The notes: generated from the letters alone by a model not told the origin. Shown: positions 15,501 through 29,310, counted from the stretch's first letter. The stretch: DNA of 64,000 bases from Balanoglossus misakiensis (GCA_040954595.2 CM082598.2:1488001-1552000); one strand, 5' to 3'. Numbers and translations are program-made.

Positions 15501-18500
15501 TGCGTGGGTTGACAGGTAAGTAGGGAGAAGTCGGCTTGTTTTGTCAGAAAGTATTATACTTGGGTGTATGGTTATATGCACATCCACTGGCTAGTTTAGG
15601 ACGTGTTAAAAGGGAATACAGGCGGGTGTGTATAGTTAGTGTTCGCACTGACAGAAACACAGATTGGCGGACAGGATCAATCACTCGCTGGCTCACTCAC
15701 TCACTCACCCATAAACCAAACAACCAACCACATTTGCACACACACCCGACCAAGCCAAGCCAACCCCACCCACCCATCCATCCATCCATTTATTCAATCA
15801 TTCATTCATCCATCCATCCATCCATCCATTCATTCATTCATTCATTCATTCATTCATTCATTCATTCATTCATTCATTCATTCATTCATTCATTCATTCA
15901 TTCATCCATCCATCCATCCATCCATCCAAACCCACCAAGCAACAAACCCATCCACCTGGCAACTCCCTCGCTCACTCACTCCAATATCTCCTTCTGTACG
16001 ACTGATAAAACTCTAGTCAGGTAAAACCGTAAATCCTGTCTTCTAATCAAGTCTGGCTAATACAGCCTGTCTTGCAACAGACATAAAACTGAATGTCAAA
16101 GGTGCAGTTGTCCATTCAGGAAGAATCTTCCCACAATTTACACGGCCAATAAACACAACCGTTCTCGGCTGGTGATCGAAGCCAATATCCGTGACATTTG
16201 GCTCTAGGCTACTAGATTTGCATATATAACAAGCTCGTTTTACTTTTACTTTATGGCGAATGTTCTTACATTTATAGTTACACACCACACGTTAAATTTC
16301 ATTTGTAACTCGGACAAGGGAAATGTACTTTGTACTTCATGTGATATTGTGGGGGTTTTATACCATGAAGGAATCAAAACTCATGACTTAAACATATCTG
16401 CAAACATACGTCATGTGTAAGACCAGTGTACACGGAACACGGAAATAACAAAAAATACCAAATTTGATTGATTTCCTCGTCTGAATCATACCCAAAGGTA
16501 TAATTCATTTAGAAAGCTAGACATGTTAAAATTCACTTAGGTAGCTAGAGACCTCAAAATTTATTTATATGTGAAAAATAAACTAGACTGCATTTCCCAG
16601 TAGAGTCACGTTAAATTATATATCATTCACTGTTCTCCGTCAAAACAACTGTGACTTATTTATTGCGGGTAATGCACGCATTTTGATCTACAACAGGTGA
16701 CGGGATCGCGAGGCTTGAGGAAAATGCAGGTAGTTTGCCTCAAAATAGAACAAGTGCCTCAATATCAATGCTTACTTGGTTATTTCTCCTACATTTTTAA
16801 TGTATCTATATTTTGAACTGAACAGGCCCTCCCCATCTGAATTTTTAAGGCCCTACAACTTGTGTGGTGTGGCCAACAACCAAACTCTGTGCAAAACGAC
16901 TCAACGGAGCGATTATATCGAGCGAAAACCTCACGGACAGTTACATTTGTAGTTTTCTTGCTGTGCTAAAGTGCTGGGAATAGATTATATTGACACAGCA
17001 CGTATACTGGCACCAAACAGTCTCCAAAGAAAATAGCAACTCAGCTGATACTAGCAAGCAAGGATTCTCTCAGCAGGCACTCTAAGATACAGCAGGTGTT
17101 TTCTCATAAGTGGTCTCGTACCGCAGGCAGACTGCGCCACTGTGATGTCCCACAAAGAAAAGCCTTTTTTGGCAGAATAGTTTACAGACATGCTCTGTGT
17201 AAAGAGACACCACTGTGTCATTGTCTGCTGGTAGCATACAGGGCTGTTTGCCGGATCATTCGCCAATTCGCCCATGGCTCTGTGTATATTGCAGGTATTG
17301 GTTTGCACACCCTTCAAATCAGTTTTGACTGAGCAGAATTGTCTTTATAAATTTGAAATTCAAATTGGCCGCCGGTCTGTGTGTTAACTCTATGGAGAAA
17401 ATTTACAGTAGCGATTACTATGAAAACGAGACTGTGAACACCCTGTTTTCTTTTGGCTTTCAAAAACACTCCCCACATGCTTTAATATAGCAAAGAATTG
17501 GAAGGTTTTGAGGACTATTGTTTTTCTGAAAAATCTGTCCCCTGGGCACAAAGGTACCTTAAATTCAGTAATGCAATCAATCTCGGCTTTATTCTCCATT
17601 ATACATTTTCAATTGCTCACTTCCTTGCTTTTCTTTAATGTTGATTCAATTTCTGCTAGTCTGATTAATGTTTTACAGAAACACAGCGGCATTTGTCACA
17701 TACTTGTTGATTGATGAATGTCCGGAAGCAATCTCCTACTTCTCCAGCCGTCAAATCCTTCACTAACTTATCGACAGGAAATAGCCGTGCTTTTAAAACG
17801 GTGATTTGAGACAGTACGTCATTTGAAGCGCAATGTCACCTTTGGGAATTATTAGTGACACAAATTGCTTGCATATGGTCTGTCACTGCTATAGGTTTCC
17901 GTAGGCCCCGCCTCAGTAGAGGTTTGAGAACAAACTCGTTACGAAAACTAATCTTCCTTGATGGCCGGGAAAATGATTTAGGGGATGGGGCTGTTTGTAA
18001 ATGAGGCTATTATAGAACACTGAGTAGTAATTGCTGAGTATAGTTCCGATTGCCTTCTTAAAAAAGAAACTTCAATACTAGTGGTTTTTCATCTCATGAC
18101 ACCTGGTTTCTAGTATTATTCTAGTTTCTAGTATTGATGATGCTATGGCCGTCAAACAAGTCCAGACGCATATTTTGCATGCATGCCATGACTATTTGTT
18201 TATCAAATCTCAAGGACAACATTCGATTATATACCTATGTGTTTCAGTGTCTTGTGGGAGACGCGTTATTCAGTGATCACATTCATGCATTCTATTTTAA
18301 CTCAGTACTGTTTGCATGTATGTCAAATAAAATAAAAATTAAATTAGGTCAAAAAGAAGAAATTTTTCCTGTCATAAAATCAATGTTTATAATATACGCA
18401 CTAACGTTGAATGCAGACACAATCAAGTCAACAGAAGAATAAGGAACTACACAATTTTAAAGCTCAGTGTATTGATTTGTGCGATCTGGCAGTTATGTTT

Positions 18501-21500
18501 CCATGACAACAAAGGGATTTGACATTAAAAAAAGCTTTGGTGTACTGTCATACCCTTGAAAACATTGAAATTTCGATATATGTGGATAATCGTTGAACAG
18601 CAATTACTTTTCCCAGACGCATGTTTTGTTTGACTGTGGAGTATTTTGCTGGCAAGTTCATTTATATAGCGAGGAGAGCCACAATACCGTGCGATGTTCT
18701 TATAGTGATTCAACTTACAACATATTAGGAATATGACTTCATGATTAACTATTGGTTTAACAGCGAGTTGCTACTACAGTGCTTGTATGGATACATAAGT
18801 AAAAAACAGTAAACGGATGCAGTGATGTAACAATAGCAAGTAACGATAGGAAGAGTTCACCGTGAATTTGTGTTTGAGGAGAAGAGTTTCTAATAACAGT
18901 ATGTTAAAGGTATGAGAGAACATAGTATTGTAATAATTTCTTTTATCATAAGATAATTGCACATGCGCATTTTGTGTCATCATTTCAGAAGGTCACGACA
19001 ACTCGTACGCTTTTCTCATTTTAATAACACAGCAGGAGGCACATTTCCTGCTTCCGTTTTACCTACATTAGGAATTGACAATGCAGACCTGAAACCTAGA
19101 AAGGAACAACCGCCAATAAAGACCTGCTGTGATTGGCTGTCTCAAAAGAAAATGCCATCCTTGGGCAACCAGGGCCTATGAGCGAGGCCGTTTGATCAAT
19201 ACGCGATGTACATGTAAATTGATCGCTGTGTCAAAGAATAATTTATGACGAATCTCGTATTGATGCTTGTTTGGGAGAAAAAAACATACGCCTGTGTACA
19301 TTGCCTAACTGAATCTATGTTGCAACATTGTGTATATGTCGCAGCTGCCATTTATTCGCGACTGAAAATGACGTTATAGATACAACAGATCTTATATTGT
19401 CCTGAGCTTGAATTATCGAAGAATGGATTACGTAGACGAGGTAGGTGTACCTCGATTAAATTCACATCGCCTTCAATTTGCTGAAATGTCTCAAGGGATT
19501 CGACATACAGGACAGAGATTGGGGCTGTTGCTAAGAAGATAACATTCTGGCGTGATTCAGATAAATGAGAAATAAGCATTTTTTATGAATTACTCCAGTC
19601 ATGAAGAGAAGTACGCATGCAAACTAATAGATTGTAAACATGTATAAACCCAAGCCTCTTGTCACGTTCGCTGATGGATATAGCATAAGGCTATTTCAAC
19701 GGAATGTACTGTGTCATTTTTCATGGTCAAAGGCATGCATGCCATAGTCTCAACTTCACCGCCCCATAATCCAACTGCAATCCAACTGCAGTGTGTGCAG
19801 TTAACAAAGTGCAATGACCAGCGAGTATTGTCATCACATCATATTATGTTATGATAGACGTAGTGACAAATCACCGCGATAGATAACTGGATAATTTGGA
19901 AACAATCACAATATGCAAAAACTGATGTAAAGTGTATAAGGTATAATGGTTATAGCACAATGCATGCAGTGAGATATATCAAGGGACATACAAGTATGAA
20001 TATTCGTTATTATTGCATATCTATATATCATAAATTTATGTATGTATCTATCTATCCTATATAAATTTAATATCACAACTTGAGCAGTAACCGTCATTTT
20101 ACTATATGGCCACATTTTTTACTATGATTTTAACAGCAAGTAATTAATATTACTGCATCCTGCAGGGTTTTAGCTTGAATTCGCCTGTTGTGGCGAATGT
20201 AACCTTCAAACATTAGAAATGAATGAATGTTTCAGTGCCACAGCGGCCTTATTTGCATTTCTAGTGCATTGGACCGTTAGCGCATCGAGGCGAAATGCAT
20301 TGTTAACGTGTCCTTGGACCATTTTCTAACTGAATGTAGCATGTTTCCCAAGGATATGCAAGGTTGGCGCCAAATTTACAAAGCAGATTAATTAATCCCC
20401 ATAGGGGCTGGGGATAATTAAAACATGTGGTTCACAAACAGAGCAAATTGAGTTTGTCCTTTACATCCTCTCTGAAAGGATTATCTTTGGTGTAAAGTTA
20501 ATTGTTGCTTCTTTTATTTATACACAATATATCTATTCTGTGCCTATTTTAATTACATACAGCCCCTTACACAACCACAGTTGCTAGCCAGGATGAAGGC
20601 CGTTTCTTGTTGGCTAATTATAATAGTTGAAATATGAAACATTGTACAATATTTCTGACATATATCGCAAATTAAAGACGTAAATTTTTTGTCATATTTG
20701 CTCTTTGTGAAGAAAAATTAAAGTAGTGTTTTCTGTGAAAACAAGACAGTGAACACCATATTTTCTTCAGTCTTTGTGTTTTTGAAAAGACTCCTCATGC
20801 GAAGCAAAGAATGGAAATGTTTGGAGGGATATTAATTTTCCATAAATCTGTCCCCGAGGGGCCTGTACTACCTTACAAATTAATCTAGAATCTTGGCATT
20901 TTCATAATCATCGCAAATCATAGATAAAGTATGTTATGTTTTTAAGATGACATCTATTGCGCATGTGTATTACGCTAAATACGTCTTTCTCAAGAATGAA
21001 ACAAGAAACCCAATATGTTGACATGCAAATCAGGACACTTAAATCACAAATTTCCTTAATAACATATCCATATTTCATTATTTCATTATCAAGAAAGCAC
21101 TACATGTGTGGTTTGAACTTCGGCTTAATACTTTGAAAACTAATGAGTTCCTGTGGCCATAATTGCATAGAAGAAACCCTTGGATTGTATTAAAGTCTTT
21201 TTATATTAAAACAGACAAATATTATTAGCAAATATTGCGTTGATTGGATAAGCGGTTTGGCATAACCTAGTCTGACAGGTTGTGAAAACGTGAGTCGTAA
21301 GCAGAACATGTCTTTCTTGATAGAGTTCGGAGAGATTAACTGAGGTCTGCCTGCCACACTTCGGTGTATTCCTACTCCCAAGAAGACCTCACGAAGACGC
21401 TCACAAACGAAATAAAGCATCTAATAAATCTCACCGATAAACCCATCACATGGTCACCGTTATAAAAGGGTTGATTTGTTAATACCTCGTTATCATCACT

Positions 21501-24500
21501 CGGATAGAAGCAATCATATGTAATCTGGCGTCAGAGTGTCGACTCATCTGATCCGTCTAACAGGAATAGTTCCTTGTTAAAGGGGTGTGCTCACAGACCA
21601 TGATAAATGCAAATTGTTGTATTTGACCGGAGATTATTCCCGCATGGCAAATTTCTGTAAGGCATAATATTGATCAGCCTTTCTAACTCAATATATACAA
21701 TGGCTGTTGATTGTCAGGCAAAAACATTCGATCTGCCATAGTTTACTCAAGATGGATGCCATTTTCAAGTCCACAACTCGACGATTTATATCTAGTCCTT
21801 GTTTTATAAGGTGACCTGTGATTTCATCTTTTTTCTACATCAATCATTTATATAAGTCACAAACAGTGAGAGAAAATGGGAAAACTATGTTGCATACAAA
21901 CTACTGAGCTGTGTTTAAATACGTTTGATTTCCTTTTTCAGATTTCGTCCGCTACGGAAACAGGAATACCGGTATCACAACGAGACAGTTTTATTCAGTA
22001 TGAAGACATCTTTGAGAGAGCCCACAATGCTGTGGTCTCGGAGAACAAGTCTCGCCAGGTAGAACGTGATCTGGAGGTCAGTGACACCGAGACCAGAGAC
22101 GTCGTGGAAGAAGAACTTGGAGGAATTCGGAGACTTGAGCGGTGTTATTCCACGGAGTCTTTGAGTTCAACGACCTCGGAGTCGTCGATTATAGAAAACT
22201 GTTTCAACACGTAAGTTAGATCCTGCTGTACAACAGAATAAATTGGATGAGAATTCTAACGCAAAGGGTAACTAATTTGTAAATTTAGGGCAAATACTGC
22301 GTCATTCGGCTGATAAAAACGGAAGAAGTATTGATTAACTTATATTTATATCAGTAAGAAACTGTCAAATCGATGTAGTTCGGAGAATGCAAGTGACTTA
22401 AAACGCTTCTCTGCTTAAACTGCTAGATTATTGATTGGAATATCTCATTAGTATCTGTATCGTGATAATTTGTCACTGCCCCTATTATCCTCTCAACCCA
22501 GTCATCGGCACGCGTGAAGTGGTTTTTAAGTTATCTGTTCGTTTGTAATATCATGAGCCTGTTGTTAACCAGGAATCCATCAATGCCAACAGGCGCCAGT
22601 CATTCTGACAATGTACAAATATATCCTACATGCTTAATTGTCACATTTTGTTACTTGTTGCAAATTAAAATAATCACATTTTGTTTCACATCAATACTAA
22701 ACATAGTTTTGATAGATTGATTATGCAACTGTAGACAAAAATTCTTGAGCATGCGTACTAGAGAAGCATGGCTTTTTAGTACTTTCACTATTACATGCAC
22801 AATTGCAACACAACCCCCATCTCTATTGAAAGAAGCAAGCAGACCATCATGTTCCTTTGGAAACACCTGTAACATACTCTAATACAAATGTTGAGTAATT
22901 TCCCGCTTGTTTTTGTAACTTTCTAGAATGGGTCAGATTGAAATCGTGCTGGACTACCACGCTGAACTGTCGAAACTGACAGTCACCTTAGTGCAGGCTC
23001 GTGAACTGCGATCCGTAGAGGAAACCATTGGTGCTATGGATACATACGTCAAGATTTACATACTTCCTGATTCCGAACCGAAGACTCAGTCTAAGGTATT
23101 TATAATTATATACAGTAAAACCTGTCTAAAGCAAACACCAAAGGGACTGAAGAAATTGTTCGGTTTGCAGAGGTGTCCGGATTATATAGGTTCTTTCAAC
23201 ATGTGGTTCTATGTTGAAGGGACTGGAAAAGGTGTTTGGTATAGACAGGTTTCCAGATTAGACAGTGTTCAGTTTAGACAGGTTTTACTGTATATGCATG
23301 AACACGTTTTCAGTCTTACACCCAAGATGGTATCAACAGGAAGGATTCCCCCCCCCCCCCCACCCCTTGCCAGAATATTTGTAGAGGGGGGATTATGATC
23401 CATTCTGGCAAGTTGGACTGTAATATCTCCAATGCGTGAGAGTAAGAGGCACAGAACTGTGTTAGTCGATCCTACCATTAGCCACTTAACGAATGTTGAC
23501 AGTGAGGATTTCCTGACAAGGTGCGAATACAGACCCTATCAATACTTTATTACCCCATTTTTTATCTTTATCGTGCCCCATTTTATTGCCCCATTTTTCA
23601 TTTCTATAGAGTTTTACGTGCATCGCTTGAGCTAATCCCTTGCATTACGAGCGTTCTGTGCATACAATCTGACAATGATTTTTTTCTGACACCGTTCTAG
23701 GTTTTCCGGAAGAGTTCCAACCCCGTATACAACGAACGATTCGTGCTGGATGTGCCTCGCCATGAACTTGAACACAGAGCCTTGCAATTTGCTATTTACT
23801 ATTACGACAAATATTCCAGGCATGAGGTGATAGGGGAAGCTGAAATGAAGCTCAGTGACATCGATCTCATTCCTGGGCCCTTCAGTACTTGGCTAAATGT
23901 AATGGATGTTAACGACGTGAGTATATAATCATATGATGTTGGGAGAAAATCCAATTTAAGGCAGTATGCGCCTCAGGGACAAATTTTAAGAAAATTACAG
24001 TCCTCCAAAACGTTTCATATTAAAAGTGTGAGAGGAGATCTTTTTGACTGATTTTTTTACTAAAACTTATCAGTGTTCATTCTCAGTACCTCGAACAGAG
24101 CAGGTGAATCTCAAATAACATCCATAATGATTTCACCTTAATCCACGGATTAATTCTCATCCGGTACAATTTAATCGTCTTATTGGTTGCGGGGAAAATT
24201 GTAAAACGTATACCAGATGAAGTAATTTGATATCTGAATGATACTGGATTTAAGCTGTGATTATCCAAAATTTCGGAGTTCGTCCAGTGGAATATATGAA
24301 TAATGTTGATATCGTTTCTTGTTGGTGATTTTTTTTTTTTTTGGCAACACGGTTCCTTGGGTAGTGCCACGAAAGAACAGCTTAGAACATATACTGATAC
24401 TTTAAAGTATAATGTACCCCCGCTAAAGATTAATGACTTGGTGTCCAATATATAAACTTTCCTACTTTGAAATTTTTTAACCATTACTGTGATTTGTATT

Positions 24501-25493
24501 GATTTATAGAAACCTCAGGACCTTGGTGATATTATGTTCTCCCTAAGTTATCTGCCGACAGCTGAGAGACTTACAGTTGTAGTCGTGAAAGCCAGAAACT
24601 TGAAATGGGTTGACGACAAGACTGCTGCAGGTAAGAAGGGTCACTGATCTTTTATCAAATGCCTCTGCTATCTTATATTATAGTGACATACGGAATGACA
24701 ATCCCAGCTGCCCAATGGACTCACATGTGTGCCATGTCAGTACAATTACAATACACACTCCAGTAGTGTGTCGTTCGTATACAGAACAACAAAGTATCAG
24801 CAAAGGTATATAGATCCAGACATTACCCTACATCTGATGTCAATCAGATTGACTACATGGTAGAGGCGTATGCCAGCTATCAACATTGCGCAGAATTATC
24901 TGGAAATTTTTGGAATGAATGACAATTCATATGATCATCTCTTTCTCTTTACATCATAGATCCTTTCGTGAAAGTCTACTTGCTGCAAAACGGAAAGAAA
25001 ATCAGCAAGAAGAAAACTGTTGTCAAGAGAGACGACCGTTGCCCTATCTACAACGAGGCCATGATATTTTCTGTCCCGTCCAGCGTTCTACAGGTTAGTG
25101 AACGATGTGGCTTTTCTGGAACCTTCCCATGGTGCTCTGTGTCTTTCTCATAAGGGGGTGTCAAACGCGAACATCATTTGAGAACTTCGGCAGTTTTTAT
25201 ATTAGGCTTATTATATAATAGGCAGATATCATGGTTCTTTTGAGAAATCAATTTATGTACTGGTATGTATGTATGTAACTATCTATAATTGACTATTTCA
25301 TTTGTTTTTCATTTCACAGACAATCACTTTAAGGATAACTGTATCAGAGCATGCATCGGATGGTAAAAATAACAGCATTGGTCATGTGCTGGTCAGTCCC
25401 ACCTCAACAGGGTCGTCACTGACTCACTGGAATCAAATGATGACATCACTGAGGAAACCCGTGGCTATGTGGCACTCCTTGAGGAGGTATTAA
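12583..25493 (+). CDS. SYT12: Synaptotagmin-12 orthologue (TM helix, C2A, C2B); start exon uncertain
   Basis: GT-AG exons 12583-12764 (TM: [24 protein letters not shown]), 21942-22210, 22927-23095, 23701-23916, 24510-24630, 24960-25093, 25320-25493 (TAA) join in frame. C2B segments [57 protein letters not shown] and [18 protein letters not shown] closely match vertebrate SYT12. Confidence 0.93.
12848..13030 (+). mobile_element. Fragment of non-autonomous DNA transposon family A (TTAA-flanked, AGGTAGT terminus; Kolobok-like)
   Basis: TAGTACTCCCCTCAG..AGATTTTCAGAAAATTGCAGTCCTTCAAA..GGTGTTCAC is similar to copies at 13652, 17340, 20740 and 23957. Confidence 0.55.
13652..13800 (+). mobile_element. 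Family A transposon end
   Basis: TTAAGGTAGTACTCGCCCTAGAGACAGATTTCCAAAAAT..CCTTCAAACCTTTTAATTCCTTGCTATATTAAAG, shared with the other copies. Confidence 0.6.
15774..15927. repeat. Compound (CATC)n/(CATT)n microsatellite
   Basis: Directly visible tetranucleotide array; it explains the spurious IHSF/IHPS ORFs. Confidence 0.95.
17340..17562 (-). mobile_element. Family A transposon end (reverse orientation)
   Basis: GTGAACACCCTG..CTTTAATATAGCAAAGAATTGGAAGGTTTTGAGGAC..AAATCTGTCCCCTGGG..GGTACCTTAA is the reverse complement of the 13652 copy. Confidence 0.6.
20740..20874 (-). mobile_element. Family A transposon end (reverse orientation)
   Basis: CAGTGAACACCAT..AAATCTGTCCCCGAGGGG..TACTACCTTA matches the 17340 copy. 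Confidence 0.55.
23113..23290. mobile_element. Complete MITE, family B (Tc1/mariner-pogo type, TA TSD)
   Basis: Perfect 18-bp TIRs CAGTAAAACCTGTCTAAA (23113-23130) and TTTAGACAGGTTTTACTG (23273-23290), flanked by TA on both sides. Confidence 0.85.
23340..23534 (+). repeat. Probable SINE-like interspersed repeat fragment
   Basis: Its end GTTGAC..GGTGCGAATACAGACCC recurs in reverse near 62118-62145. Internal inverted repeat CTTGCCAGAAT / ATTCTGGCAAG. Family not identified. Confidence 0.3.
23957..24080 (+). mobile_element. Family A transposon end
   Basis: TTAAGGCAGTATGCGCCTCAGGGACAAATTTTAAGAAAATTACAGTCCTCCAAA..ATATTAAAAGTGTGAG. Confidence 0.55.
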
Positions 25494-27615
25494 CTGCGCA
25501 CCTTAGAAACGTTGATGGTGTATGATTCAACACGACGTCTATGGAGAAAATACTGGGAATGGTTTGACTTAGACCTTCCTTAATTAGGAATCACCAGTGT
25601 CTCCGAACGGAAGAAAATCCTGAGTAGGGTTTATACAGATTGACCAACATTTACTGAATTATATACAGATAAATAAAATCCCATATTAGAGAGGGTTAGT
25701 TTAGGAGATAGACCAAAATCGTATTAAAGTCTATATTATTACAATGTTCTTCAAACTACCAACCTAACAATGTGCCTCAAATTCCATTAAAGAAATTAAA
25801 GAGAATTCTATACGTTTATGAAATAACTTGATATCTTTGACGTTACCACACATATGAACAGTTCAGGCATCTTAACTATATTTCTATGTATAAATTCTGG
25901 TAAACTTTGTGCATATTATTTGTTCTGTACAATATTGAAAATACAGTAACTGTTGTTTTCATGTTATATGGTTTGATTTTATGATATGTCTGATATTATG
26001 AATATCCATCTTATTTGTTTGAATTAATATCACATTTTTTTCACCAATATTTCATTTTATGTGCTAGCTGTGATACCAGTTTGGTAACAAGCAACAAAAT
26101 GCACTGTGTTCCTCCCAAAAGTTAAACAACCTGCCTTGTAGTTTTAGTATCTCTGGAAATTAAGTCCTATTAACTTTGAAGTTGACCTAACATGGCACAT
26201 GGGCATCAACTGGGGAGTAATTTTTACTAGCACCAACGAATATCCTGTTGAACAGGTGTTTTCCATAGATGTTAACTTAATTTTGTGATGTTTCCATGAC
26301 AATGTTTCTACAAATGTTGCTTCCTTAGCTTTATTGAAAGGGGGGACATCATGATAGAATTGAAGTTGACGTGACGATTATCTGTTGTCGACGGAAACAC
26401 ACAATTGGATTAATGCTGGCCACCTTAAGCACAAAAGTACACCATGTTCTCTTAAGTTTGATGAAATCATTGGGGTCGACGATTCAGCCATTAAACATTT
26501 GGAATCTTTCTTAATTTATGCTTTACACTTATTTATGTATCGGGTACATTTCAACCGATAAAGGCTAGTGTCTTGACATGTAAAAAGATTCAAACAATAT
26601 TTTATTATTAATGATGATTACATTACTATCATATAGATGTGAATATATATATTCAATATCTACTGACTATTAGAAGTTTGACTGATTAACCAGTCTAGTA
26701 AGGATGCCATGAAATGAATGAATTGGGTGACGACGCAATCAAGCTTTGATATGAGAGATGACAGTTCTTAAGGAGTTTTTTTACTACCAGAATATTGCTG
26801 TGACTGTTTAGTTCTTGTATAAAATACAGGACAAAGATTAATCTTGCATCGTCCAAGGGATGGACAAGATTTACCTCAATGGTTAGATGGTACAGATCAG
26901 AAAAAGATTCAGTTTTTGAAGAGCTGGGTTAATATTTTTACCTAAATTTAAAGGAAATTTAAATTAGTTTTAATTCGTTGTTCCTTTCCGTTATTTTCAT
27001 GATCACTATTTCTGACTCACGCGTGAGGTCAACATGACCGTTTTATTTCCATGACAATTTCTTTTTATGTTGTCATGTGTTGGTAAAGTACTGTCATTTT
27101 ATTTCTGGTAACAGTACGTAGATTCTCAAATCATTTACATACATCAGTGAACTAATGAAATTAAGCCTAAAATATATCCATATCATTTTGAAGAAAAACA
27201 TTCTCTTTGATATTCTAAACTGTAGGAACGGTTTTTATATATGTTAAGGTAAAGAAGGTTTTAACTAGCACATCGTATTTGTAAAACGTACTACTCATAT
27301 TAAACTTACATATTGTGAAGTAAGCTATCGTATAATTTAAGTGTTTGTGATGAGTGTTATGTATTTTGCAAATGTATGTAAATGCTATTAGTAATAGAAA
27401 TAACTAAAACAAAAATGGCTTATTTTGTACCATCCGCGATTCTTTGCTTGTGATTTGTTCTCAAGTTTGCGAGAGTTGTGGGAGGAATGGAAACTACAGG
27501 GAAACACCTGAAGGAGAGGATGTTCGAAAGGGGGCGGGTCCAGTTTGGTTGACGCATTCACACACATGCACGCGCGCGCATACACACACATACATGCACA
27601 CGCACATTGATTAAA

Positions 27616-27759
27616 AGGTATACGGTCACCTATGCAACTTAGATAGTCACCATGGCACAGGCGAAAAAAGAGCGCCACCATTTGTTCTTTGGAACACTCA
27701 GATAATACGCCGTTCTTGCCATTTATGGAAATATGTAAATTGTAGATGACCGTGTACCT
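27616..27759. mobile_element. Small TTAA-flanked MITE with imperfect TIRs
   Basis: Left end TTAAA-AGGTATACGGTCACCTA; right end TAGATGACCGTGTACCT-TTAA. Confidence 0.6.
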
Positions 27760-27898
27760 TTAATGGCAGCTTACCTCAGATTCTTCAACACAAAGTCACT
27801 TTTTTAATTCACACACTTCTTCATGCAGCCGTCGCCATGGAAACTGGAGACAACCATGGGGGGATGTTTGGTGAGGAGGTTCCCCATTGGTTGACATA

Positions 27899-28107
27899 CT
27901 GTAAAACACTTTATTTTCGCGAGTTAAAATTTTTCGCGATATCGAGAGAGGCCACTGTTTCGTGAGTATTAATTTTCACGTTCTCTTATTTCATTCACTG
28001 CATCATTATCTTCAAAAAAAATTTACGCGACTTTTTATTTTCACGCTATTTTGGCTCTCGCGTATTTCGCGAAAATTTATTGCTCGCGAAAATAAAGTGT
28101 TTTACAG
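27899..28107. mobile_element. Complete MITE with perfect 25-bp TIRs and TA TSD
   Basis: CTGTAAAACACTTTATTTTCGCGAG (27899-27923) and CTCGCGAAAATAAAGTGTTTTACAG (28083-28107), TA on both flanks. Confidence 0.9.
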
Positions 28108-28932
28108 TACACATACAAGCACACAAATGCGCACGCGTGCACACTCGTACAAACACACATGCACTAATTACCTCAGATAACATTGACCTTTCAAGACGAG
28201 CAATCAGTTCTGTAATCGCACACTTCTTCACGCAGTCCTGTCACCATGGAAATGGCTTATTCTAAATCCTCTTCTTAGTCCGAGTCTTTGAAGATGCATA
28301 TGTTTCCTAAAGTACAGTGATTAAAACTTAATTAGAACGCAATTTCTCTAAAGCTCATCCATTTTTTTCGGTATAACATTCTGACTCTGCAGTTGTCATG
28401 GAAACATGGGTAATTTAACAATTCAAATTATAGCTAGAGTCTTAGGTATATTTAGTGCCAGTGTCATTAAAATTCCACTTTGAAAACAGAAAGTGGTTCC
28501 AATTGAATTTCTCCCACTGGTGAATATACTTTAAAGACACATGTATGTTATTTCACAGTGCATCGAGAATAGCACTAATCTATCAACTGTCAATCACTCA
28601 CCTAGAGGACACAAAACTCACGACGCTCAGTAAGAATTTTTCTCCAGAATGTAAAACAGCACAATATCTGTTGAAGAAAGCAAAAAAGCAAGTCAAAACA
28701 TACAGTGTTTTCTATGGACACCTACAGTCTGAATTAAAGTAAAATTAATAATAATTAATAATAAAAAGTGATCACCATAGGCAGAAATTGTTTGGCTGAC
28801 AGGCCTGAACCCGTTCGAAGCTTTGACCATCTTACACCTTTGTCCCAGAAAAAAGGGTATTTCAGACTACTGTAGACTATACACTCACTACAAAAAGGTC
28901 TAACTTAAATTCACAATTTTAAATCATTTGAC

Positions 28933-29310
28933 TTAGAAGCCAGTATTGTGGAATTTTTTTCTCAAATTTTTTATTAGGTTCTCCTTTTTTACATCAAAAT
29001 TGTTTTCTTTATTATCAGTAACAGGTTTAAAAATTAGCTCATTCTCAACATCTTTAGTAGAAAGGGGGAAAAGTTTCCATGGATGATTGACAGTGTTGGT
29101 AAGATAAAATTGAATCCAAAAAATCTTTATTACTGTCATCATTTAAATTATCTTTTATTATCTCAATAAATCTTCTGAGCCTGCCTTATCTCTTGTAAGT
29201 AAACCAGTTAAATTCTTTCAAGTACTTTATTAATTAAGAGTGAATTTGAGAAAACTTTTTCCCCATTGACAATCCATAGGGTATTTTTAAAAGCCAGTTA
29301 GGGAGTCCAT
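28933..29310 (-). mobile_element. Possible decayed Tx1/L1-clade LINE ORF2 fragment
   Basis: A-rich minus strand with frameshifted peptides PNWLLKIP / VNGEKVFSNSLLINKV / RLRRFIEIIKDNL..ETFPP / ELIFKP..NNFDVKKENL, reminiscent of the post-RT region of Tx1-type ORF2. Pattern recall only. Confidence 0.25.

Noticed and set aside
15536-16024. 162-aa and 125-aa ORFs rich in IHSF/IHPS
   Set aside because: Artefacts of the CATT/CATC microsatellite.
23096-23398. Read-through extension of the 22928-23398 ORF
   Set aside because: The exon ends at the donor at 23096; the rest is intron, MITE and poly-C.
18497-28404. Scattered X-box-like TTTCCATGACAA sequences (near 18498, 26291, 27046, and reversed near 28392)
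   Set aside because: The motif is common in this window and away from plausible promoters; only the spacing-conserved or clustered instances were kept.
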